Counted from the stretch's first letter, positions 26,980 through 40,491 are shown. The stretch: DNA of 64,000 bases from Antedon mediterranea (GCF_964355755.1 NC_092673.1:23061648-23125647); one strand, 5' to 3'. Numbers and translations are program-made. Notes: generated by a model not told the origin, from the letters alone.

Positions 26980-29900
26980 TCATGTTCGTACCTGGAACTT
27001 GCCTGCTTTTGTTATATACTTAACTCCTTTAAATGGTTTATATTTCTAGAAAAAAAACAAATAGTTAATGTTAGATAAACAGAGTCAATCATGTTATATA
27101 CTTAACTCCTTTAAATGGTTTATAATTATGAAAAAACAAATGCTTAATGCCTGTTCACACTATCAAACTAGTTTGATAAAAAAGTGTGATGTGCCCAAAT
27201 ATGTTAGTGATATGCCCAAATATGGTATTGGTAGTGATATGACACGTCCATATATGGACACATCACATTTTTTGTCACATAAAGTTTGAAAGTGTTGACA
27301 GAGTTAAAAATGAGTCAAATGTAAAACACCTTTACTTTATATAACTATAAATTTGCTTTAAATACACACACATGAATCAAAACAATAATTATAACCCCTG
27401 GGAATTTCTAGTATATTATTGATTTGGTATTGAATGAAATAATAATAATAATAATTATACTACAGTATTATTATAAATGAAGTAACTTACTTCTCCATAA
27501 ATGTCCAGACGATTTACTTTAAGTCCTGATATGGCGAGTTGGGAGATTGAAAATTGCACCTTAATAGAAAACATAATACAGTACAGAAAATAAATCAAAG
27601 AGCATGTTTCAGACATAGCCAATCATCAAATCAAATCAATTTATTTCCACAATATTATAACATACATACAGAATAATAAATGCAATGAAGTATTCATGTG
27701 GGGGGAGAGTCATATAAGTCAGAAAGACTTTAAGTTTGACCCACCTCAAGATATAACTGCTTTTTTTTATATTTTACAGTTTGAATTTCATATGGAAGGT
27801 GTATACATTTTTCTATCTTTGACCTGATATGTACTAAGGAGGACATACTGTACAAGAAAGCTTGTGAAAAAATTACATCTACACTTTCCAACTAGGTACT
27901 CATTTGCAGCTAAGTGGACTGGAAAGGAGAGGAACCCTAATCTTTCTGTAAAATGTCCTAACCACTTTGCTAATAAACAGACTATATATAGAGTCGAATA
28001 GCAAGTCCTGTATCGAGGGGAAGGAGCTCATTGTACTAAGCCTCTGCATTTTGTGGCCTGTTCCTTTCCATGCTGCTTTATCCTCCAACTAGGTACTTAT
28101 TTACAGCTGAGTGGACTGGAGAGGTCCTAACATCTTGAATATGTACCAGTAACCATGGAGTAATATTCTTTACTCCATGCAGTAACTCAATGACAGAAGA
28201 TAGGAGGAACATCAAATTAGATATTTCCTATTAACTAATCTTATATATATATATATATATATATACACGCTGGTGTGTTAATAGTAACAATATATATATA
28301 CAGTATAAAAGAATAGTAATAATACTTACATTAATTGAAGGATTTGATTCTGGGGGTGGAACTCCACCTTGAAGGGCCAACTGAAAATACACACATTAAA
28401 AATTAAATAATAGTTAATATTAAGATGTTTGTTGTTCTATAACTTTTTTAAAATAAAATTTAGTAATTTACTATATTAAACTGCAACTTGGCAAAAATAA
28501 CTGTATTCATAATTTGGTTATGATGTTATCAGTGCCTGTGGAATCTGTGATTGGGAGTAATAAAGATTGTAAAACCAAATTGTAATGCAATATCAATTAC
28601 TTATAGGTTTAGTTCACACACACACACAATTTTACATTGTGAATGGGTGCGATCCTATGTCACTACTTCTACAATGGATCACAATCACATCTAAATCGGG
28701 GTATAAAGCTCTGTCCACACTATGAATTTTTATGTGACAAAAAAATGTAATGTGCCCATATATGGACATGATGATGTCATACTACATTTGGGCATATCAC
28801 TACCATACTTGGGCACATCACACATCAAACTAGTTTGATAGTGTGAACAGAACTTAATAATATTAATGTTGGCTCATTTCATTTTGCTAGGAAGATAATA
28901 TACATAATTTTTATATGTAAATACTAATGATTGATAAACAGATATATAATCTTACAGTTCCCTTGATTGAAGGTATTTTCTGTGGCGTTATTTTGCCAAC
29001 CTCCCAACTCAGCACCTTTGAGACGGGATCGAAGCTGTGCGATCCTTGCGTTGTTGTTAGTGTAACGTTGAGTACAGTCTTAGGCATGTCACATGTTAGT
29101 ACAACATTGTCAACCTAATGTAAATAATTAGTAATTAGGCATTGTGACATTTTATATATTCATAAAACATAAAAACTTTAAACAATATCACATATGTTAT
29201 GTTGTTGATATAAGTTTGCGGTACAGAAAGTCCAGGAAACTTGGAATATAAGTGGACAAGGGTGGGCATATCACTACCATACTTGGGCACAGTGGGAGGG
29301 ATTGAAACTAGCTGTAGAAGAGCATTGTTTCTCATGAACAATAGTGAATGGAAACTAGTTATAGGAGAGCATTGTTTCTCATGAACAATAGTGAATAGAA
29401 ACTAGCTATAGGAGAGAATTGTTTCTGATACAATAGGTGTGAAAAGCAAGGTGTTACGTTATCATTTTTTCATGGGGAGGGGGGGGGGGGATTTATCTTT
29501 AGCAATGGGTAGTACTAAGAGATATGATTTTTACAGCCATCTTTAAGATATATACAAAATATTAATTTTAGCATCAAGTTTGATGAACTTACAACTTTTC
29601 CCATAGTTTGTTTTGGTCCTACTGTCAATTCAAATTTACCAGATCCTTCACGAAATGATATAGTAGGCTTGATGTATAATGGAATAGCTGTTAGACTAGA
29701 AGAAATTGAAAAGTTATTAGCATAAATTATTCACTTCTCCAGATGTTATTGGCATAAATTATTCACTTCTCCAGATGTTATTGGCATAAATTATTCATTT
29801 TTCCACAAATTATTAATTTCTTTAAAATCTATTGGCATAAATTATGTGCTGTATTTATACAAAAGGTATTCAATTTAATTCAACTTTATTTCAGACAAAC

Positions 29901-32900
29901 TGTCCATATGAAACTTATCAATACAATAAAAAAAAAAGAGAATGAAATACAAAGAATTATGTGACAACCAACATGGAGAGAGGAGCAAGAATTATCTGTT
30001 GACATATAGTATGTATTATGTGACAACCAACATGGAGAGAGGAGCAAGAATTATCTGTTGACATATAGTATGTATTATGTGACAACCAACATGGAGAGAG
30101 GAGCAAGAATTATCTGTTGACATATAGTATGTATTTCTCAAGAATTTATTGGCATAAATTATTATGATCACCTAACAAACTCCTAAGTATACCTCTCTCA
30201 ATTAAAGCATTATAATTGAAAAACTTATCGATTATTTAGACTCCTAATACTGAAGGGATTACGTGCAATAGAAAGGCAATGCAATAAATAAACATACTTA
30301 GATGCTCCAACATGGTATGTTAAAAGCTGAAAGTTGCCATCTGGAGGTACAAATGAAATCACACGCTCAGACTACAAGAAAAAAAAATTATAGTAATTCT
30401 TATGCTTATTTTATTTCACATTTACATAAACAGTCATGCTCAATAACAGTCTTAAAGACAAATATAAATATATATTTAAAAAAACACAGAAACAACAACA
30501 ATAACACGAAAACAACATGCAGAAAGGCAAAGGTGCTTTCTCAAAGCACAAAGTAAAGTAAAGATGAAAATGTTTTTTTATGGTACAATTGTAGGTTTTC
30601 ACGCCACGCCATAGGCAGTTATATTCCCAGAGGACATTAATTAGCAGTACCACATGCGAAGCTATAGTACTACAGTTTGACAGTACAGTAGGCCAGACTA
30701 AATTTATGTTACACAAAATGTTTACTACTGATTGTTAAACAAAAATAATTGATGATAAATCATTATTTCTGAAGAAAGAATAACGTTATGTCAAAAGGTC
30801 GAGCAGCGTTTCTTGTGAGAAAAATGGTGTGTTAAAAATAGTTTTACTTAGATAAATATGTCCATTTTATAAGATAAATAACTGCTTCGATAAATAAAGC
30901 CTCACTCACAACAATTTTCACTTATTAATAATCTTCACTTAAGCAAAAAGATAATTTCAAATTCTTTTATATCATCAATTAATTGTGATTGGATATAATA
31001 AAAAGATTAAAACATAAAAGATAAATGCCAGCCCTGTTTTTTACTCACCTCCCATCGTTTGTAACGGACACATGGATGGAAGCTGACATCGTCCATAATT
31101 CTGTGATTCATAAAAGACATTGTAAGGTCTGGCATTCCTGATAGTTTGACAGTGCAAGCTATCGCACCCTGGATGTCGGCAAACACAGTAGAACCCTATA
31201 GTAAATAATTTGTGATATATTAATAAGTATCAAAGAACTTATAACACAAGAATCTCCTGTTCGTCCGAGGCGCGTAACAATTTCGAAAGGCATTGTGGGA
31301 TAGAATAGAGCTATGGGTGGCGCCATTGTGAGCCATGGAGTAGGGCGCCCGCATCAAATTAGAAAGTCAAAATCATAGAGGGGATCTGCTAATGCTCTAG
31401 GGGGGATAGAGTAATTGACTGAGGAGTAGGGCGCCCGCATCAAATTAGAAAGTCAAAATCATAGAGGGGATCTGCTAATACTCTAGGGGGGGGGGGGGGG
31501 TAGAGTAATTGACTTCCTAGTTTGGAGGGGGCGCTGCTCCATGCTGTGAAATGGCGTCGCCCAGTTTGACCTTTTAACCCTGTACTTCCGATACTGTGTT
31601 TTGAATGCAAATTGAAGAACAGGAGATTCTTGTGTTATAAGTTCTTTGATAAGTATGCACCATACTGAAAAATGATTGACCAAATAATGTGTATATTCAT
31701 TCAGTCATTTCAAAGTGAACATTTCCTATGGAAAAGACATTGGGAGAGATATGACAATTAACCAGTCCAAGTATATCTTGGCAAAGTGTATGAATGGGAT
31801 ACTGCAGAAGTGGTTAAAACCATAGAATGTTCACTAATTTGCCTCACAGGACTTCACTTGAGTAAATCTATACCCATAAACTATCCTAGAGTTTAGAGTT
31901 TGCTTTAGTAACAAGACTTGGTTAAACACACCAGGATGTCCCGTCAGTGTAGCTTCCACATTTGATGACAGGTAGACCAGCGGTACTGTAGTTGCTGATA
32001 CAGGTACTATCGTAAATAAAGATTGGATGATAGTAATTACAGACCGACTTATGCGTATCATATTAATAATAGTTGATTATCCGCTACCCATATGAATGCA
32101 TTGGGACCCAATATGAGGGTAAATATATTACACCAGAGAGGCATCAACACTACAGTTTCATTTTAAGATGTATATTATTAGGCATTTAAACGTACAGATT
32201 TATCAATTATGCAATCAACTTCTTCAACGACGTCAAAATAAGCCTCATTATTTGTGTACTTGACTCCACTACGCCTCCATGGTACATTTGAGAGTTGGCC
32301 ACTTGGAAGTACATCACTGACACTGAAGAAAAACACACACAGAAATTATATTGTTTTTGTAATAAAATTAGTATAATTTTGTATTGTTAGATTTTAAGAT
32401 TTATATATATTTTTATATGGTATAGTTTATTCCATTCTGTAAGGGGCGGGTTTCCCACTGTTGAATGAGTTTGAATAAAATAAAATAAAAATAAAAATAT
32501 ACTATATTCTGAATAACAAATTTACTTTCAGAAGCATTTAAAATAAAAGAATTAAAAAATAACACATTTATATATAGTTAACATTATTTTTTGTTGGCAT
32601 GCAAACAAGACAAAAGACATACATTACTTTATTTCCTTCCCTAGATAATGTAAACTCTGAATTAAATTGCTATGTGCAATGCACCAAGGACAAATAAAGG
32701 TTCGCCCAGATACTAATTTTTTTTTATTTCTCGTTCAAAAAAAAAAAAAAAAAAAATCGATTATTTTCTTTGAAACAACCCATTGTCTAATATTATGGGT
32801 GGTGATTTCAATCACAAAAAAAGAACCTAAAAATCTACACTACCAGCCATAACGTTTTAGAGTTTTACTTTTTACTTGCTTATCCATGTGTACAGACAGA

Positions 32901-35302
32901 CATGGGTACCAGTAAGTTGTTGGAAGTAATTTACAATACAAAGACCTACAGTAGTGTGATCTAGCCAGGGAACCCACTCTTTCAGAAAATAGGAAACACT
33001 CTAGGAATACTATACCTTATTATGCTTGTTTAAGAATGTCTTTCCAAAAACAAAAGAAACACTCTTAAGCTTGGTTCCCACTAGAACGTAACGCAAGGAC
33101 GTAAACGCAACGCAAACGTTTTAACCAATGACAAGCGAAGTTATAGACAGTTAGCAATCACAAGCGAATAAGCCATCGCTTGTGATTGGTCAATTCACTT
33201 GCGTTGCGTTACGTCCTTGTGTTGCGTCGTTAGTGGGAACCACGCTTTAATAAAAACAATATAAGCCCACCATATTAACGTTATTGTTGCAATTTTCCCT
33301 TCATTTTTCATGAATTAATTATTTTAAATTCGCTTTTTAAAAGCATTTTTTATGTGACTATATTTGATAATAATGTGATTGTTTTATACTTTGAACTGCC
33401 AGTAACTGTATTGACAACAGATCTCAGAATATTTAAAATCTGGTTTTTTTAAAGGTGTTTTTAATATTACTATTGACTATTTCATAATAATGTGATTGTT
33501 TTATAGAACTTACTTTGAACTGCCAGTAACTGTATTGACAACAGATCTCAGAATATTTAAAATCTGGTTTTTTTAAAGGTGTTTTTATTATTACTATTGA
33601 CTATTTCATAATAATGTGATTGCTTTATAGAACTTACTTAGAACTGCCAGTAACTGTATTGACAACAGATCTCAGAATATTTGGAGGTTTAATGAGTTCT
33701 TTCAACACATTAGACTCTGTGGCTAATGGATATCCATTATCAAGCATCTCTTCCAACAACTAAAGCAAAAAAAAAGGTCAAGTTTAAAATAAGTTCATTA
33801 ATATCAACGTTTACTTTAATGAATTCATTCGTATTTTGTTGGATGTCCATTATCCAGCATCTCTTCCAACAGCTAAAACAATATTTGACATCTTTAAATT
33901 CAAAAGCCTGGTATTATTGTTATTTCAATAATAAAATAAAAAAAATAAAAATAATAATAAAATAAAAAAAATGTACATAAAATATATTATCTGTTTTATA
34001 TACAATCATATTATTTAGAATATAAAATACTTATCTGTTGTTACCTCATAAACTACAACATAATTATCTTTAATATTAGTCTCTGTACATTCACCAAAGT
34101 AATCAATAAACATGTCCACAATACGATGAAGAAACTCTATGACAAACAGAGGTGGAGCTGAAATAACATAGAGAAATCAGTGTAAAGTTATTATGTAATA
34201 TATATAATAAACATATTATAGGAAAGTTGTATTCACATTGTACAAAATATTCAATGAATGACCCAACATCAAAGTAGTTACTGTAAAGCAAAAAAAATAA
34301 GGGTATGTTCACACCTGAAATGGTTTTGTATAGGAAAGGATTTCATATTTTAATTTGATTGATTTAAGTTTTTTGTTATCCCTCAGTAATCTGTACATTG
34401 AGCTTTTTCAAATGAATCCAGTTTAGTGTTGTAGGTGGTTTTCACTATTAATCTTAGTTCAGAAATACAGTGTTGTATGCTGTGTGCAATATGAAACTAT
34501 TTAGCCTGTACAGTAGGTGTGAACAAGCTTTTGGTCTTCAGAATAGTTTTAAATATTAAAATCTTAAATCACTTTACCTTCTGTTTGAACTACAGCTACA
34601 TAAAATAGTGAGTTGCGGTATATGCTTATCAAGTAATGATGAGGAGTGGCGATGATAGGAGGCACATTCTCCTTGCTAGTGGCCTGTATCAAAAATTTAT
34701 GTTTATAATTCATTGTGTTAATAGTAGTCTACTATTTTTATAGAATTGTAAAGCATGTGGGCGAAGTAGAGAAGAGTAGTAATAGGCCTACAGTACTAGT
34801 ACATCATTTTATTGACATAAGAAATCTTGTTCACTTATTTATAATAGATTATAATTGACAATATCATCACCTTATTCTGTGCTTCAAAGAAATAATCACA
34901 CACCGATCTTGATATAACACTTCGCCAATGCTTTTCCATGAAAATATCCCTAACAAACAATTCAAAAGGAAAATAAGTATATTGGAATTGATGATACTAC
35001 TGAGCCTAGGTCTAGTGTAGTAGAGGGCCTAGGCCAATTACAGTGGGCAGGGCCAGGGCATATTGCATACATATATAGACAGGCTTAATTCGTAGAGGTC
35101 AAGGCGGTCTCGGCGCAGGCAAGCTAGCTAGAATAGCCTACTTCTACTAACCTAGGCTATATAGGCTAGGCTAGCTAGCCTAGGTCTAGACCTCACTTGG
35201 ATTAGCAGTTTCTACACATTATGAACAATTTATAGGGGCCCAATTTCTGTATATTTAAAACACTTACCCGGAGCCGTTTATCATAAATAAGCTGCTGATC
35301 AT
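26980..35302 (-). CDS. AP3M1: AP-3 complex subunit mu (13 coding exons, 416 aa)
   Basis: Exons (-): 35268-35302, 34871-34949, 34578-34683, 34045-34157, 33638-33759, 32196-32322, 31049-31195, 30298-30371, 29593-29695, 28956-29114, 28330-28380, 27491-27559, 26980-27045. All are GT-AG and phase-consistent, totalling 1251 nt. Translation MISSLFMINGSGDIFMEKHWRSV...PLFVIEFLHR...LLEEMLDNGYPLATESNVLKELIKPP...PWRRSGVKYTNNEAYFD...KLSGMPDL...FVPPDGNF...SGLKVNRLDIYGEKYKPFKGVKYITKAGKFQVRT* matches AP3M1/2. Confidence 0.97.
27147..27305. mobile_element. MITE family A copy in the last AP3M intron
   Basis: Shared internal sequence and degenerate TIRs. Confidence 0.65.
28707..28854. mobile_element. MITE family A copy in an AP3M intron
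   Basis: TAA|AGCTCTGTCCACAC ... GTGTGAACAGAACT|TAA. Confidence 0.7.
29956..30135. repeat. 59-bp tandem repeat x 3 (AP3M intron)
   Basis: ATTATGTGACAACCAACATGGAGAGAGGAGCAAGAATTATCTGTTGACATATAGTATGT repeated three times. Confidence 0.9.
31231..31648. mobile_element. P-element-like MITE (418 bp)
   Basis: ~32-bp perfect TIR CAAAGAACTTATAACACAAGAATCTCCTGTTC and an 8-bp TSD ATAAGTAT (31223-31230, 31649-31656). CA..TG termini. Confidence 0.8.
33068..33246. mobile_element. Harbinger-like MITE family B
   Basis: TTA TSD, TIR AGCTTGGTTCCCACT; reverse complement of 24892-25070. Confidence 0.8.
33356..33682. repeat. ~120-bp tandem triplication that includes the 3' end and donor of AP3M exon 5
   Basis: GAACTGCCAGTAACTGTATTGACAACAGATCTCAGAATATTT occurs three times (~33393, ~33517, ~33641). 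Confidence 0.9.
33825..33872 (-). other. Diverged duplicate of the 5' part of AP3M exon 5 (candidate alternative terminal exon, LLEEMLDNGHPTKYE*)
   Basis: Intact ttttag acceptor in phase 0, an in-frame TGA, and ATTAAA 5 nt downstream. Confidence 0.55.
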
Positions 35303-36920
35303 ATTGATAGATTTGTCTGTATTATACAGAATTTATAAAAACAAAATTGTTACGCGATTGAAGTATTGACTTTTCTGTCGATATGTTATGAAACGCCATA
35401 AATGCCTTTCATATTTCCGGCCTTTTATTCTTATCACGATTTAACGGTTTTTATTTGATGCGCGTCCTCATGTCTTACGTGCTAGATTATAGGTCACTTA
35501 CGGGACTTTCTTATGGTCTTCATATAGAGCTAGTTTTGTTATCTATTAGTAATGACACATTATGTTCCGTTCTTAATGATTAAGAGGCCAATATTTAAAT
35601 AAAATTTATAATAAATACAAATAAATAAAAGAGATGAGATAATAGTGTTGATACTGACTGAATTGATGGCCGATATACATTATTACATTGTTATTATATA
35701 AGCCTAAGAAATGTGATGTTACATTTATTAGGTTGGTGTTCGGCATCGCGTACGTACTAAATCACAGCGTACTGTGTCTCCATGGTCTCCTTCTCCCCTA
35801 CTTAGAACTTAACAGTTCATGCATGCTACATCTTTCTTTAAATATCTTCCTTTGAGATCCGGCGCTGCTTCATCTTCTTTCAAATTCTGATTAAAAAACA
35901 TCCCTCCTTAGTTTAATAATAGCGTCCTCGTCTCCTGTGATTCTTTCTGAGAATTCGTACTTATATTGCAGCATTATTTTGGCCGGGTCCTATAGCTATA
36001 AGTACCTTTTTGGGATCGATCCTCATAAAAATTGTTGAACTTTAAAAAGAAGGAAAAAAGATTGATGATGTTTTAAACGATCTTGAATATATGTTAATCG
36101 ATATCAATCGTTTAGAAGTATGTGAACATTTTATCTCTGGTGACCTGAACACCAAATTAAATCTTGTATTAGGTGGAACTGATAACTACTATCATTATAT
36201 GTATGACGTCGATTCCATATCAAATGTCTTTGTTACTGTAAGCACTATGTTAAAAGAGCATAGGCACACAGATGTAATGTTCTAGGCGAGTAATGTTCAT
36301 ATCAATCAAACTAAATGATTGATATCTATCTCATTATAGTGTTAGGTCTACATTGTTGTTGCCCAATTCATTTTATATTGTACAGTTCCTACCTATTCTA
36401 TTATTGTTTATTTCTTGTAATTTTGTATTTTTAGGTGTCAGTGGGTTTCCTGCTGCTGTAGTGTTATCAATGGTACTGTAGTTGAATTGTTTTGACATGT
36501 TGACCTACCTCGACTTTTTATTGTAATTGTTATTTTCTATATCATGTTTTTTTTTTTACATTTCTTTTGGATGCGGCACCTTCCATTTGGTCGAGTGCCA
36601 CTGATGTAAAAGTGTAATCTCCAAATAAATTAATATTATTATTATTATTTAAAACACTAATTGAAAAAAAAAATTGATTGATTGAGGATTTATTATTGGA
36701 ACACCACTATGAACGCATGGTGGCGGTGTTCATCGTGATTAAAAAAAGAACCACGTGATGCTCATCAACCAACCAAAACCCTAACCACACACACACACCG
36801 CGTCCACCACCACCACAACACACACACACACGCGGGCTCAGCTGCTGCTGCATAACATGAAACAAGAAGTGTAGGCGCGGCCTAGGCCTATTCCCAATCA
36901 CGCACCGCGTACCCTGGAAC
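35303..36920. promoter_or_regulatory. Probable bidirectional promoter region between AP3M and OGG1
   Basis: Divergent start codons 1.6 kb apart, with CpG-enriched patches next to both first exons. Confidence 0.5.
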
Positions 36921-37000
36921 ATGACGAATTGGAAGAAGTTAACGTGTACATTACAAGAATTACGCCTGGATGTTGCTTTAGTTTGTGGTCAGAGTTTCAG
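36921..37000 (+). CDS. OGG1: 8-oxoguanine DNA glycosylase, first coding exon only
   Basis: MTNWKKLTCTLQELRLDVALVCGQSF(R)|gtatg matches the OGG1 N-terminal ELRLDxxLxxGQSFR motif, with the phase-2 donor inside the Arg codon. Later exons were not found in the window. Confidence 0.8.
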
Positions 37001-37069
37001 GTATGAAGGAGCAATGGAGTATAGGAAGCCCAACAGCTAGCCACACACTCACTGTGTCAGTCACTAGAG

Positions 37070-38826
37070 TAGGTATGTCAAGAAAAATTTCAAATTTATT
37101 TGATTTTAACCAAACTATTTTTTTATAATTCTATTTAAAAAATGGAATTCAACAAAGTTTAAATGAACAAAATCAGTCAACTATTTTTTTTTATACGATT
37201 TCTTTTAATAATCAAATTCGGTGATAAATTGTATATACAAAGTATACAAAATTTTGTGACCTTTCTTTTACTTCTGAAAATATAAAGTCATAACTTTTTT
37301 GTTTGTAATTCTTTTTTAATTCTTTTTTCACACCAGTCGAATATCAAACTGATAACATCAAACACAACACATTCATCTGTATATCAAGATGATTTAGAAA
37401 AAAAATGTATTTAAACTTTACCCCCTCCCCAATAATAGAAATACTGGAACCATAAACATAGCATATTTTAACACATAAAATCATTTGAAATTTGTTATTC
37501 ACACAGGTTGAATGACAAGATCATGTATCTACACTGTACATTAAGATGAATTAAAAATAAATTATATTTAAACGTTACCCCCCTCCCGCAAAATAGATAT
37601 TTGAACCATAAACATAGCATATTTTAACACATAAAAATCATTTGAATTTTTTTTTCACACAGGTTAATTGGCAAGATCATGTAACTATACTGTACATCAA
37701 GATGAATTAGAAATAAATGATTTAAAACTTTATCCCCCTCCCAGAAGATACAGGAAACAATTATATACAGTACTGCTAATATTGCGTTAATAAATCGCCT
37801 TTCACTTTTACTGGTAGCATTCTCTTCTCTTTTTTATGTGTTCCTGACATTTCTATAAAAAAATAAAATATAATCATAACTATAACATTTTTCAAAACAT
37901 ACAAAATCAAGTTTAAACAATAAATAAATATTGCATTTAAATAAAATTCTATATTACTTTCAATTAATAGAATGGTCTTACCAGACAAATCGTTGAAATA
38001 ATAGTTGGATTTCTTGATTCTTGAAATTAAAGTCTGATATCTACTGTAAATAAAGCAAAATAAAAAGTTAAAATAAAACAAAAGATGATTATTACTTATA
38101 CTATTGAAATCATCCAATGGCAGACCACCATTATGGTCACGTGGCATATATCAGCCAATGACAGAATAGTACACCGCCATATGCAATTTCCAAAACCACA
38201 CCAGTTATTCAAATGGTGTTTTAATCTTAAATTATCTAATTAATTACATTGGAATCTAAACAAATATCGTATAAAATAATAATAATTAATATTTATATTT
38301 GACATTTTAGTCACAAATCTGGCTATAGTACGTCGATTTCATAACAAATATGGCATTTTTAATCTTCTTTAACATGCACTATTCATTGAATATAGTGTAT
38401 TGAACAACATCCATTCTCAACCCCCAGCTCTGAAGTTGGGTTATTTGTTGTGGGCTAAACTGTGATTGATTAACGATCAATTTTCTTCAAACTTAGTAGG
38501 AATACTGTTTATATTATAAAGAAAAATACAGGATATTTTTTGAAAAAGACAATGCTTACGAAATGTGTAAAATTAATGCGTTTTTCCAATGCTAAAATTA
38601 ACTTGTGTACCACGTCGCGATCGCTTTTCTAAAAATGTTGTTTTTTTGACAAAAATAAACTTTGACCTGTTCACTATGTAAACAAGTTCAAAGGTTAGTG
38701 AAATTCAGCCAATAAGCATTTTAAATTAATTTTTTAAATCAAGCACCATTATGAAGACGAAAAAAACAGGAACGAGTTTCACGACGAAACCCACAGTGTG
38801 TGACGTCACGTATCTTGACATACCTA
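37070..38826. mobile_element. Non-autonomous hAT-like DNA transposon (1.76 kb)
   Basis: 14-bp TIR TAGGTATGTCAAGA / TCTTGACATACCTA, flanked by the direct repeat ACTAGAG. Internal ~165-bp tandem repeats; no ORF. Confidence 0.7.
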
Positions 38827-39041
38827 ACTAGAGACCTACTCTACTAGTACTAGCTAGGCCTAGGCTAGTACGCTAGCCTAACTAGCTAGGCCTACCTCTA
38901 CACTACAGTCAGAGATGTAGGGCTAGACTAGACCTCCTGACCGGGATGTATTTAGTATGGAACGCCAAGCTTGCTTGCATTGTTTATATATTGTATGCAT
39001 TGTTTAGATGGTGACCTCCGTGGCGTATTCCATTAGTATTA

Positions 39042-39768
39042 CGCCGTGGTTAGGATTCCGGCACCGGAACTCAACTCAACAGCGTTGGGAATCCGACACG
39101 CTATTGCGCATGCCCAGAGCGAGGTAATTGGCGACTCTATACTTATCAACAGCGATGGATCATTTCATAGCTGCGCCACACGGCGAACTAGCCTAGATGC
39201 CTACTAATACGGGCTACCAGTTAGACGTGACCAGTGGGCCTCATTATTTTGTAATTAAAAAGTGGTTGCTTCATTCATATATAAACTTCATATCATTATG
39301 AATTATATAATTACTGTACATGACTAGTTTTATGATTTTTCATAACGCATTATACTGTACATAACAACATGCAATCACAAGTTGATTTATTGACGGCAGC
39401 CACCGCGTGGATGTGAAAAAACTGTTCGGGAAGTCAGGGTCGCAACGCTAAAAACAGCATTACGATTCTTAAATACTGATACTTATTAATATCATTATAA
39501 TTATTTTAACGCGTGGCGTAGTCGTATTTTAATTATTAATTCATGTATGGCATAGGCCAAGTTTCATCCATCACTCTCTCGCTCGCGCAACGACTATCTA
39601 GGCTACAGTAAATCCCTATAACACTCCCACTCTCGGTGGTGTGGTGTGTGTGGCACTATTAGTGCAAGCTATAATTCACTTCCCAGAGCTCTGGGCATGC
39701 GCAATAGCGTGTCGGATTCCCTAAACGGTGGGCAGTTGAGTTCCGGTGCCGGAATCCTAACCACGGCG
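39042..39768. mobile_element. MULE-like MITE, copy 1
   Basis: ~80-bp TIR CGCCGTGGTTAGGATTCCGGCACCGGAACTCAACT...; 9-bp ATTCCATTA on both sides, with the left copy offset by 6 nt. Confidence 0.75.
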
Positions 39769-39790
39769 ATTCCATTATTCATTAAAAAAA

Positions 39791-40491
39791 CGCCGTGGTT
39801 AGGATTCCGGCACCGGAACTCAACTGCCCAGCGTTAGGGAATCCGACACGCTATTGCGCATGCCCAGAGCGAGGTAATCGGCGACTCTATACTTATCAAC
39901 AGCGATGGATCATTTCATAGCTGCGCCACACGGCGAACTAGCCTAGATGCCTACTAATACGGGCTACCAGTTAGACGTGACCAGTCGGCCTATTTATTTT
40001 GTAATTATCATTATGAATTATATAATTACTATACTGTACATGACTAGTTTTATGATTTTTCATAACGCATTATACTGTACATAACAACATGCAATCACAA
40101 GTTGATTTGTTGACGGCAGCCACCGCGTGGATGTGAAAAAACTGTTCGGGAAGTCAGGGTCGCAACGCTAAAAACAGCATTACGATTCTTAGATAGATAC
40201 TGATACTTATTAATATCATTATAATTATTTTAATGCGTGGCGTAGTCGTATTTTAATTATTAATTCATGTATGGCATAGGCCAAGTTTCATCCATCGCTC
40301 TCTCGCTCGCGCAACGACTATCTAGGCTACAGTAAATCCCTATAACACTCCGACTCTCGGTGGTGTGGTGTGTGTGGCACTATTCGTGCAAGCTATAATT
40401 CACTTCCCAGAGCTCTGGGCATGCGCAATAGCGTGTTGGATTCCCTAACGGTGGGCAGTTGAGTTCCGGTGCCGGAATCCTAACCACGGCG
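39791..40491. mobile_element. MULE-like MITE, copy 2
   Basis: Same TIRs, with a perfect 9-bp TSD TTAAAAAAA (39782-39790, 40492-40500). Confidence 0.8.

Noticed and set aside
39001-39020. Candidate OGG1 exon 2 (tgtttag|A TGG)
   Set aside because: It gives Arg-Trp and then an immediate TGA, with no further OGG1 similarity even after removing the MITEs.
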